Of a DNA stretch of 61,672 nt, positions 51,887 through 61,672 are shown in pieces. Below the pieces are notes generated by a model that did no database searches, was not told where the DNA came from, and saw only the letters and a list, made by a program, of their open reading frames with translations. The first letter of the stretch is position 1, and the number at the start of each line of letters is the position of its first letter. Location: NCBI GenBank assembly GCA_023231475.1, contig JALJEE010000678.1:1-61672 (forward strand). The letters are read 5' to 3'. This stretch comes from Seison nebaliae (Eukaryota). The position numbers were made by a program, and so were the translations under genes.

Positions 51887-53269
51887 ATGATAAGTAAATC
51901 AATCGTCTCAATTCCCAGACGATTCATTCAACGACGATCTGATGAGTTGTTGAAAAATAAACGTCTTATTAACGACGAAATGGCGAGTGAGAGAAGTGAA
52001 AAAATTTCGAATAAATTTAAAAATTCTCATCATACTTACCAAGTTTACAGTTGGGGCAATGGGGAATGTGGAGCGTTGGGAAATTTAAATTTACTCAGAC
52101 CTAAATTCAAATATCAATTGCCGATAACTAAAGTGACATTTCCATTGAGATTGAAATGGGCGGATCGAATACGTCATGAGAAATATTTGAATTCGCCTTA
52201 TCGTCATAAAAGAATTTCGATGATTTCAGCCGGTTCCGGATTTTCCATTTTGACTGATAAAAGAAATATTTTCGGATGTGGAGTAAATACTTATGGACAA
52301 TTGGATAAAAATGAAAAATTAGAGATCGTTATACAACCGATACAATTGAATAAATTAATTGATTTGAATGAGAATTTACAAATTATTTCACTTTCTTCAG
52401 GTCGAGCTCATTCCGTCATAGTTTATAATGACGGATCTGTCTATTCTTGGGGTCAGAATAATTATCATCAAGTCTCAAGTAGAGAGGAAGAAATCATTGA
52501 ATTTCGTCGTTTAATTGAAGTTGAAGCAATGGTAAATGTTAATGAAAAAATCATCAAAACGGTATGTTCTTTCGATACCACTTTCTTGTTAACGAATATG
52601 GGACGTGTAATTTCTTTCGGTTTGAATACTGATGGTCAATGTGGTATTAATCGAACTGATTCCATTATCAGACGTCCCGTCTTTATTGAGATTAATGAAA
52701 TTTTTTGTGATATTTGTACGAAAGCCGATACGATTTTAGCACTCACCTCTGATAAGAAATCGATTTATGGTTGGGGAAATACAGAATATGAACAATTAAA
52801 ATCGAATGAAGCACAATTATTCCGTCCGATCAATTTGAATGAAACCGTTCTCAGATCAATTCCATCTGAACGACATTCTTTCGTCAGTATGGCGACAAGT
52901 GGCAGTTCTTGTTGTGTGGTAGATAAAACCGGTCAAATTTGGATTTGGGGCTACGGCGCTTTAGGATTGGGACCAAACAATTTGGGTCCATTACCATTAG
53001 CCTGTCCGATATCCAGAAATTTTTTCGATTTATTCAAAACGAAGAAAACTCAAAATAAAATTATCGAATTAGTCAGTGGATTATACTCGTTTGGTGCTAT
53101 TACGGAGAGAGGCGATGCTTATGTTTGGGGTGCTAATCGACAATCTTGTTTGGGTATCGGAAAAATGGATACGCAATATTATCCTACTAAATTAATGATT
53201 CCTGCCAAAATTGAACTTTTACATTTCGGTTATGAACATTCATTCGCAATCACCAAATCATTCAATTGA
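51887..53269 (+). CDS. RCC1L: RCC1-like mitochondrial protein (WBSCR16), intronless
   Basis: Basic targeting-like N-terminus, VYSWGNGECGALG, SAGSGFSIL, SSGRAHS..WGQNNYHQ, WGNTEYEQL, WGYGALGLGP and terminal HSFAITKSF. Confidence 0.88.
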   Translation: MISKSIVSIPRRFIQRRSDELLKNKRLINDEMASERSEKISNKFKNSHHTYQVYSWGNGECGALGNLNLLRPKFKYQLPITKVTFPLRLKWADRIRHEKYLNSPYRHKRISMISAGSGFSILTDKRNIFGCGVNTYGQLDKNEKLEIVIQPIQLNKLIDLNENLQIISLSSGRAHSVIVYNDGSVYSWGQNNYHQVSSREEEIIEFRRLIEVEAMVNVNEKIIKTVCSFDTTFLLTNMGRVISFGLNTDGQCGINRTDSIIRRPVFIEINEIFCDICTKADTILALTSDKKSIYGWGNTEYEQLKSNEAQLFRPINLNETVLRSIPSERHSFVSMATSGSSCCVVDKTGQIWIWGYGALGLGPNNLGPLPLACPISRNFFDLFKTKKTQNKIIELVSGLYSFGAITERGDAYVWGANRQSCLGIGKMDTQYYPTKLMIPAKIELLHFGYEHSFAITKSFN

Positions 53270-53586
53270 TTATTTTTCTTCATCTTTCCCATATAAATTT
53301 TGAGTACCCATAAGATTTAAATTCATATTAATCATCATTTATTAGTTTCAATGATTTGAAATTGAATTTTTCAAAACTTATTTTAATTCACTCAATCGGT
53401 TTATTCTCATTTTTCTTTTAGTTAAATTAAAACTTTGAAATTTCGTTTGTAAAAATAATAAAAAACATTTAATCATGATTTTTAATTTGGAATGGAATAT
53501 TAATTATTTCGTGTTAGAGATTTATTGTTGGATAAAAATGAATATTCGCAAGAAATAAATAAGAGGAACATTGGAAAAAAACATAG

Positions 53587-55339
53587 TTAATTTTCAACAA
53601 GTTTTAAAACTTTATTAGTTTCTATCTCTCCCTTGGGAAGTTTCCAATGTTTCCTGAATTGTTATTGATTTATATTTCTTAAATAAAAATTAAGGAATGA
53701 AAAAATAACCGTCGTTGTTTCAATCCATCGAAAACATTTAGAAATTGTATTTGAATTTCAATAACTTGTGCACGTTTACTGTTGAACCTAATTGCAGGTA
53801 TATAATCGGTTAATTGTCGTTCTGTTGTATAAAGTTTAGATAATTTCCTTTCTCCACTAATACTGCCACTATTAAATGAAATGAAGTGAAATTTCAATGA
53901 TAAGTTGAGAGAGGAAGTTAAACTATAAGAAATTTGTCCAAACTTCTTTCGGACTATTTTCTTGGAATACGGTAAAGTCTAAAGATATTATCGTTGACGT
54001 GAAAGTGTTCAATCCAATCTCTATTTGAAAATGAAATACTTTTCAAAAGAAATTTAACAAAAAAATTTAAAGAATGAATAACAACAAAAAGGATATATTC
54101 CATTTGTATTTAAATAAAACTTAGACATTTTTTCTTTGATAGATTCCCGTCTAAAAACTCGAGAGAAAAACTGACGAGCTAAATCCAAAAAATTTATAAA
54201 TCTCTTCTTTCTCACTTTCTCAATTTTCCATTGTTCCCCTAACATCACGCAATCTTCTTTCTCTTCACATTCGATACATTTTCCCTCGTCGAATAGTTTG
54301 AGAGATGTACATCGATAAGCTCTAAATATACAAATATCACCATCATAATGGAAATTTCTTGGATCATATAATTGACCGAGAGCAGTGGCTTCTTCATATA
54401 ACGCTATGGATGAAGTATAAAGTTTCGTAGCTCGCGTATGTGAACATGAAACATATGACACTAGAAATAAATTATTTCCTTCAATTATTTCAAAATTGAA
54501 CTCGATCGTCGATTTTTACAACCAACTTGATTATGTCCTCCATTGACAAAGATGTCGACGGTACCCCAAATTTTGTTGGAACCAAATTTGAACATATTTG
54601 AATCTGTATGAACTACCTGAACAAACGACGCATCACTTTCGTCTAACGTCACCGCTTTCGATTTCCCTTCAAATGATAGTCCAGCAGGATCGAGTGCTTA
54701 GAAAACGATTATTTGATGACTATTTAAAAGAATTAAATTCAACCAATTATTTTATTGATTCCTTTAAAAAATTTACCTATTCGACCAGCGAGATGCGCAG
54801 ATAAACTAAATGATATTAGATCGATATGTTCCGGTAGGAATTTCGGATATCTCCTCGTCATTTTCAATAAAAATTGAACAGTTTTATCTGCAATTTCATT
54901 AATATATTGAACGGCAAGAGCGTATGATAATGAGGCGACTGAATGCCAATCAAGAATAAAGAGATTTATTTTGATCTTTTATAAAATTTAAGCAAAATTT
55001 AAATTTAACAATTTACCAACGTTACTTATTAAGCGCTGTTTACTTAACTGTATCCAATCGGAGTTAATGTTTTGGAGATAAGCGTGAAGAAACATTTTTG
55101 TTCGTTCTTCTTCATTGAAAACTGAAGAAATTTTTTCAAATTCTACATTTGTTAATTTCGATAAATTGATTATACAATTTTTTCCATTACTGTATACGAG
55201 ATAAATAAATGAAGAACAATATTTTACGATTAGAACAATAAATTAACCTACCAATGACATGTAATTTTGTATCGAAAGTAAATGAATAAGTTTCATGAAT
55301 GAAAATCCAGTACGAAAAGAAGAGGATTAAATTAAACAT
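53587..55339 (-). CDS. Secreted pancreatic-lipase-family protein with a C-terminal PLAT-like domain (8 exons)
   Basis: Spliced product has a signal peptide, TKMFLHAY, NLFILDW, HIDLISFSLSAHLAG, KII-ALDPAG, LDESDASFVQVVHTD, GTVDIFVNGGHNQVGC, CSHTRA, FYLNT..YPFC-LFHFQIEI. Confidence 0.85.
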
Positions 55340-56945
55340 TATAATTCCAATTTTTCTCTCAATATTATTCTGAAAATGAAGAGGATAAAGTTTCCAATAT
55401 GAATTGGAGAATGTTAATTTATTTCTGTAAAATATTTCCGGTTGTTTGATTTGTTTCTCTGTTCTTATCGCAATTGTTTCTCAACAACATGGAACTAGGT
55501 TAGTATCTTAACTATTTTTAACTAATCCTAAATATTCTTCATACAAATATTATGATCATATACATGAGAATGAGAAATCAAATCAATGAGAACAGAGTTT
55601 AACAGTTATTTGAACAAACTTTCGACATGTTTCACAATGTGAATCTTTTAAAAACAAGTAATCAAACAAGCCTAAATTGAGATGTCAATATAGTTTTCCG
55701 ATTTTTCATGCTTTGTGAAATTACTGTTATCACCTTGGAATTTTAAGAAGTTTACGCATCACAAAAAAGTTCAATGTTAGGTTTTTATTATCATTCTTTG
55801 AAAATTAATTAGATTAGTCATGAAAGTTTCATGAACAGTTGATGATCAGATAGACAGACCAGATACTTTATTCATTAAAACTGTGCGAATCGAACCGAAA
55901 CTCGAGTCAAGGTTCGATTCCAAGAAATTATAATCAATATGAAATCCCAAATTGGCAGATTTGAATTCTTATTGATTGATTTCATCTTTTAAGGTCAGTG
56001 ATACGAGATGTTTACCTTTCGTGAGATTCTGAGACTTGTGAGTAACATTGGGACCGTGTGTAGAAAACTGCGCTAAACACGTCCCAAAATATATAACGAA
56101 CATTTAATCCATAATTATAATGAATAATGAACAAAGTTAGAATAAATTTCAGATTTCCACAAACACAATTGTTGAAGTTGAAAATTTGTTTAGGAAAATG
56201 AAATTTGTTATCAGATTGACAATTTATAAAAATATTATTAATGATAAAAAAACTTACTTGGTATGAATAAAAAAACGGGTGTTGTCCGTTTCACCATAAA
56301 CTTTCTTTTTGTTTTTGATTTGGTATAGATTTGAATATAAAAAGAATAGTAATTAGAATTTAGTTGTTATTCTAAAATTATTAATTTTTTTCTAGGGAGT
56401 TCTTAGAAGCAAATGGCTAATAAAATATTCTAGGTTTGTATTAATGTGAAACATTATAATAGTTATAAGGAGAAATTATTTAATAAAGTCATAACAATCT
56501 TTTAATGGACGTAAAAAATTTTTTATTGTATCTCTTACAAAATGATAAAGAGACGAATGAACATTGTCTATTGGAGAGTAATTTTAACTGGCGAGATAAA
56601 AAGCGTATGCTCACATTTCATATAATAATATCTTTTTAATATAGACAAAAGATATGTTGAAGGTACACCCTCCACAAAACATGTATGCTCCATATAAGAA
56701 GCGTTTGTAGAGGAGTGGGTATATATACGCATGACGTAGTGAAGCATTTCCTAACAATACTACGAAGCGTACTTGTGAAAGGAATAAGCTTAAAGGAGTG
56801 GTCCATAAGCTTAAATGAACTACTGTTCTTGAAGAAAAACTACATTCTATTTCTTCTATAAATAGAGATAAAATTTTATTTACATTCATTCTTTTCATAG
56901 TCATTTCTTCTTTATTTGTCCATTTCATTTTATTTCATTTTCACT

Positions 56946-57143
56946 ATGACTGTTTATGAAGATGGCGATTGGGAATTCCTGAGTGAGAAGGACAAGGCGA
57001 ATATCGACATGGAACAGATGATGCATTCACGTTACAGTGGAAAGAATCGGAACAAGACTGAGAAAGCCAATCATCAGATTAAAAGTGAAAACAGTAGGAA
57101 GATTGTGCAATCGATGCGCAATGGCGAACATAACAAACGATGA
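56946..57143 (+). CDS. NUPR1: NUPR1/p8 stress-induced nuclear protein
   Basis: SGKNRNKTEKANH..SENSRKIVQSMRNGE fits the p8 pattern SGK.R.K.E...H.....HSRK.V....N.E. TATAAATA lies at ~56857. Confidence 0.75.
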   Translation: MTVYEDGDWEFLSEKDKANIDMEQMMHSRYSGKNRNKTEKANHQIKSENSRKIVQSMRNGEHNKR

Positions 57144-57407
57144 AAAAAATTTGAAAAAATTTGAAAAAATTTGAATTGATCATTTACATCATTAATACCT
57201 TTTCCAGATTACTTTGAAAGAAGTTGTTGAACATTTCAAAAAAAAATTACCAAATTTCGTAAAAACGAAATGTTTAATAGATTTTATTTGTTGTTATATA
57301 ATTTTTAATCATTATCACCATCTATTGTTGAAGGAAATAAAAAGAGTTTCTTGTCTATAATATTTTATTTAAAAATAAATTAAATATTTTCGTGAAATGG
57401 AAGAATT

Positions 57408-59678
57408 TTATTCATTCAAATATTGATGAAATGTTATGTTCATTCGATAGTACTCGGAAATGATGTCGGTGAGATTGAAAACGAATAATTGAATTTTCTC
57501 CAATTCATATTGTTTGTCATAGAGGAGATAATTGGAGAAAGTGAGATAATCCAATTTCGTCATGAAACTCGATAATTGATTTTTGAATAATAGATAATTA
57601 TTTATTTTAGAAAAAACGAGTAAATAATTCGAATATTTCACTCTCTCCTCCACCAGATAATGTGAGACGTGACGATGTAATTTGTACCAGCAACGCGATT
57701 TCTTTTCTTGAAGGCAATTGATGGACAAATGTCTCTCCTTCTCATTCAACGTGTCGATATGAAGGAAACGTTTGAAGAAATCATTTAATAATTCCTTCTT
57801 ATCATAAATATATGTGTTAATTTTTGGATGGATAACAGAAAATATTTGATGGAAATTCATTTTCAAATTTCGATCGATTGAATCGAAATTCCAATATTGT
57901 AATTCGAAGGAAGCAAAAGGAATGAACAATTCAGGTAAATCATTAACGAATTCATTCGTTAATGGAAATATTAGACATTTGAATTGATTAGTTGTGATGG
58001 AATTGAAATAAGAACAAATTTCATGAAATTGGAGTTGAATTGGAAAAGTTCTCCCCAATGATTTAGGTAGGAAGAGAACGAAGAAATTATTTATTAAATT
58101 TATCGACTTCCCATAAAGTTCATGTGATAAGAAATTATTTAATTCGCAAATATTGTTAATAACGACAACTGATTCATTATCATCAATATGGTAATTGTGA
58201 TTGTCTAATAATTCAGTTTGACATTTCTTATCGATCGATTTCTTCCGATTTCCATGAAGATGTGAAATGAAAAGAAAAAGAAATTCATTCAAATTCTCAT
58301 TCAATCCAATATCATAACATTCATTCTGATGATGGTGACTAATCAAAATCGATGACGTTTCATATCTCGTCGAATATTGATCAATGAAGAATTCGGTCGC
58401 ATTAGTAGAAGAATTTAAGAGAAATTGAATATCGAATAATTTTGAATTAACATTTTCTTTCGAACATTCCGCACAAGAATTTCGAATCGATTCATGATTC
58501 AATTGATGGAATGATGAAATATCGATGGATTTATTTCCATTGATTTTTTGAAAACGAACAAGTGTCGAAATAAATTCGAAATATTTGAATAAACAATCCG
58601 AACAATTATCTTCTTTTAATCTCAATAAGAATTTCGTTACATATTCAACTCGTCGACGATTTGTTGAAGAATAAACGATCGATCGTTTCGGATGAATTTT
58701 TTGAATAAATAAATGATCGTATGGAAAATATTTCTCATCGATTCTCTTCGAAGAATAAACGGATTTCGGTATAATATGAAATGGTGTGAAACAATGTCGT
58801 ATGAGGTAATTGCGAGTCAATTGAACAATTGTCGATTTGGTGAGTGGTTTGTGTTGAAGGAAATTTATGATTTGCATTTCCAATTTTGAATTTAAACAAA
58901 ATAATCGAAAAGATGATTTTTCCATCGACGTCTCATTTTGAATGAGTAAATATAGTTGTGGTATCACATCAACACTATTCAAAAAATATTGATGATGATT
59001 CAACTGATGAACGAGATAAACGAATGATTCATATATCGAATTCTCCAGCGTTAATTCTGAAATTTTAAATTTGACAATTATTATTCGATAATTGGATTTC
59101 TTTGGAAATTGTGTTGGGGAATTTGTGTCGAACAAATTCCGTCCATTCGATTGATCATTCCAAATATTTAATGAATTCATCATACTCAATATCGGATTGG
59201 AATGACGATATCGATCTAAATCGGATCGATTATCGATTATTTTGATTGGAGAAATAATGAGATTATAAATCCATCCGATCAATTCATTCGATCGAAATGT
59301 ACCGAAATAATTGAAATTTCTTCCATAACTTCCCAAATAAATTTTTGTGAATGGATATCCTGATAAACTAATACCATACTTTTTCCGACATCGTTGACTG
59401 GACCAGCAATCGATTTCGAAAAATTTCAAAAAATTCGAATATCTCTTGAAATATTTTCTCACTTTTTCAAATTCATGAAAACTGTTCTCGGATGATAAAC
59501 TCCAAAGTCGTGCGTGATAGAAAACGACGACGTTATCACCGTTATGGAACGATCTATCCACCAATTCCATCGATCTCTCATATTTGGTGAGGTAGGTTGA
59601 AGTTAATTGTAAATATCCGTTCGATCCCACAAATCCATCAAACAGATTCAATATGATAACAACTATTACATTGAACAT
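57408..59678 (-). CDS. TXNDC11/EFP1-like thioredoxin-fold protein (redox motif lost), intronless
   Basis: Hydrophobic N-terminus, then VVVFYHARLWSLSS..FFEIDCWSSQRCRKKY..GYPFTKIY..YFG, matching TXNDC11 FYAPW..AINCW...CRK...FP.I.LY...Y.G. The rest is divergent. Confidence 0.65.
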   Translation of the reverse strand: MFNVIVVIILNLFDGFVGSNGYLQLTSTYLTKYERSMELVDRSFHNGDNVVVFYHARLWSLSSENSFHEFEKVRKYFKRYSNFLKFFEIDCWSSQRCRKKYGISLSGYPFTKIYLGSYGRNFNYFGTFRSNELIGWIYNLIISPIKIIDNRSDLDRYRHSNPILSMMNSLNIWNDQSNGRNLFDTNSPTQFPKKSNYRIIIVKFKISELTLENSIYESFVYLVHQLNHHQYFLNSVDVIPQLYLLIQNETSMEKSSFRLFCLNSKLEMQIINFLQHKPLTKSTIVQLTRNYLIRHCFTPFHIIPKSVYSSKRIDEKYFPYDHLFIQKIHPKRSIVYSSTNRRRVEYVTKFLLRLKEDNCSDCLFKYFEFISTLVRFQKINGNKSIDISSFHQLNHESIRNSCAECSKENVNSKLFDIQFLLNSSTNATEFFIDQYSTRYETSSILISHHHQNECYDIGLNENLNEFLFLFISHLHGNRKKSIDKKCQTELLDNHNYHIDDNESVVVINNICELNNFLSHELYGKSINLINNFFVLFLPKSLGRTFPIQLQFHEICSYFNSITTNQFKCLIFPLTNEFVNDLPELFIPFASFELQYWNFDSIDRNLKMNFHQIFSVIHPKINTYIYDKKELLNDFFKRFLHIDTLNEKERHLSINCLQEKKSRCWYKLHRHVSHYLVEERVKYSNYLLVFSKINNYLLFKNQLSSFMTKLDYLTFSNYLLYDKQYELEKIQLFVFNLTDIISEYYRMNITFHQYLNE

Positions 59679-60164
59679 ATCAACTCATTACCACATCATT
59701 GACATTCGCTTTGTGGCTTATCATCCTTCGGCTTCTCAATTGAAAGAAAGAATTAAGAAATGTTCATTATTTCTATCACAAAATCATTTATTTTTTTCAT
59801 AACCATTTCCATAACTTGTCTTCATTCCTATTATTCATCTGAACTATATCCTTCAATTAATTTGGGATTAATGGTCCTATTTCATCTAGTACATTTCCAT
59901 AATTATGGATACTTAAACTATATAATTTGATATATGAAAATAATTCATTTCTTATTCTCTGATTTGAATGTTTATTATGGAAATTCTTTCACATAATAAT
60001 TATTGTAAAGAAAACATTAATCATAGAATCATTTATCGTTAAAAAAGCATCTTAAACATCTCGTTAAACAATTAATTTCGCTACTATTCTAGACTACAAA
60101 TTTTTGTTTCAATAATTACAGTTTTTTTACGTCTTTCCAAATTCTAATAATTTTCATAAACTAA

Positions 60165-60314
60165 AATTTATTAGAGGAAAATTTCTAATTATTTTTTTTT
60201 TGAAGGAAAATTTCTAATTGTGAAATTTATTAAAGGAAAATTTCTAATTATGAAATTTATTAAAGGAAAATTTCTAATTATGAAATTTATCATAAGAAAA
60301 TTTCGATATATGAG
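60165..60314 (+). repeat. 30-bp tandem repeat (aaatttattaaaggaaaatttctaattatg), ~4-5 copies
   Basis: 30-nt periodicity from 60201 to 60314, plus a degenerate copy upstream. Confidence 0.85.
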
Positions 60315-60696
60315 AATTATTGTGCATAAATTATTTGTTGGAAATTGTTTATGAAAAATATTTAAAAGAAATGATGGTCCTATAATTTTGGGATGTATGT
60401 TGGATTTTTATGGAAGGAATCATTATGGAATTCAGAGGAAGAAAAGTGGAAGAAGAAAAATAAGAAGAAACATTTTGAAATTGATTAGAAGCTTTAATAA
60501 AAAATAATTTTCCTTCAATTACATTCCCTTTGCACGTGTGGAAGATGTTGAACGCATATAACTTTTACATCATTTTCATTTTACATTTGATAAGTGGTCA
60601 AGATACGTGTGAGAAGAAAAGTTGTCAATCGTCATTTTTGCTTTTCTTTAATTCAGATCATCTTCTCATAATTTAACCAGTCCCAATAATTTAGAG

Positions 60697-61191
60697 ATGG
60701 AACAAACGTATATTATGATCAAACCGGACGGTGTCCAACGAGGACTTGTCGGCGAAATCATTAAACGATTCGAACAACGTGGTTATTTGTTGAGAGCCAT
60801 GAAATTCATGCAAGCCTCACGAGAATTGTTGGAGGAACATTACGGCGATTTGAAATCTAAACCATTTTTTCCATCACTCGTCGAATATATGTCATCGGGA
60901 CCAGTGGTCGCTATGGTTTGGGAAGGAAAATCGGTCGTGAAAATGGGACGTGCAATGTTAGGCGCTACCAATCCATTAGACTCAGCACCAGGAACCATTC
61001 GTGGTGATTTCTGTATTGATGTTGGACGGTTCAAAATTATTTTTCTTATTTTTTTTTAAATATTTTCCTTCAGAAACATTTGTCATGGTAGTGATTCAGT
61101 AGAATCGGCGAAGAAAGAAATCGGTCTTTGGTTCAAAGAAGGAGAAGTCACTAACTGGTCTTCTGCCACCACCGGACAAGTTTATGAATAA
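60697..61191 (+). CDS. NME: Nucleoside diphosphate kinase, group I NME (intron 61029-61073)
   Basis: [68 protein letters not shown]. Confidence 0.97.
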
Positions 61192-61672
61192 AAATGATGA
61201 ATGTTATTTATGAATAATTTAATATAAATTAATTTATCAGTTAAATACGAAAAATTTCTTCAATAAATTTTTTAAGATATTTTTTCTAATTTATCTCGAG
61301 GGGAATTTTCATAATAAATAATAATAATAATACGATAATCAAATAATATTTCTTCGTTTAAATTGGGAAAAATAACTGTAAAATTTTGTAGGAAAAAATC
61401 TCTGCATGTAATATATTGAAATTAATCGAGGCAAAAATGTCCTTTCAGGACGGAACTTTTATTCATTCAATGTACAATTGTTCTATTCATATTATTTTTT
61501 TTTTTTCAAAGATTTGCTGACAATTTTTTAGGAAATATGAAAAAGTGCAATTTTAATACACTATAATAGATTCATTTGGATTGAGCAGAGACATGTCCGG
61601 TACAGAATTGAAAGCTCTACAAAATGAGCCCTTATTGAACCATCAACTCCGCATCAGTCTCGAATAAAACCA

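Noticed and set aside
55880..55930. tRNA gene suggested by GGTTCGATTCC
   Set aside because: No acceptor stem, D-arm/A box or anticodon arm can be folded.
56725..56745. CRE/ATF-like ATGACGTA upstream of NUPR1
   Set aside because: Plausible biologically, but a single imperfect 8-mer is not enough evidence.
60165..60314. 30-bp repeats as a CRISPR array
   Set aside because: The units are head-to-tail with no unique spacers, there are no cas genes, and the context is eukaryotic.
1..61672. snRNA (U1/U6), rRNA or U12-type AT-AC/GTATCC introns that could explain the donor bias
   Set aside because: None were recognised by eye, and the donors do not match the U12 consensus. A covariance-model search is still needed.

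Overview
AT-rich, gene-dense genomic DNA from a compact animal genome. It contains Frizzled, IFT54, a Ly6 protein and a class-A GPCR, and uses the standard genetic code. The taxon cannot be determined here; a Seison-like rotifer or similar reduced invertebrate is only a guess. I reconstructed about 20 genes by hand: an orphan secreted protein, MLYCD, HTATSF1, a ~19-kb multi-promoter SORBS/CAP-like SH3 adaptor, SERF, PIGH, an orphan GPCR, PLC-delta-like, BECN1, a GT7 glycosyltransferase, TRAF3IP1/IFT54 (with an RFX X-box), Frizzled, FIP1L1, a Ly6/uPAR protein, NCBP2AS2, MAP2K7, RCC1L, a lipase, NUPR1, TXNDC11-like and NME. There is also an Ig-repeat pseudogene, a MITE and retroelement debris. 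The standout signal is splicing. Of 59 donor sites I could place by frame and homology, 54 begin GTT (U at +3), 5 begin GTA and none begin GTG or GTC. Better-looking GTA sites a few bases away are repeatedly skipped, and AAG acceptors are common. The rare GTA donors sit mostly on predicted alternative exons: a 9-nt micro-exon in PLC, a mutually exclusive exon pair in IFT54 and an alternative first exon in SORBS. This points to a rewired 5' splice-site code, possibly with a variant U1 or U6 snRNA. All splice models are hand predictions without transcript data.
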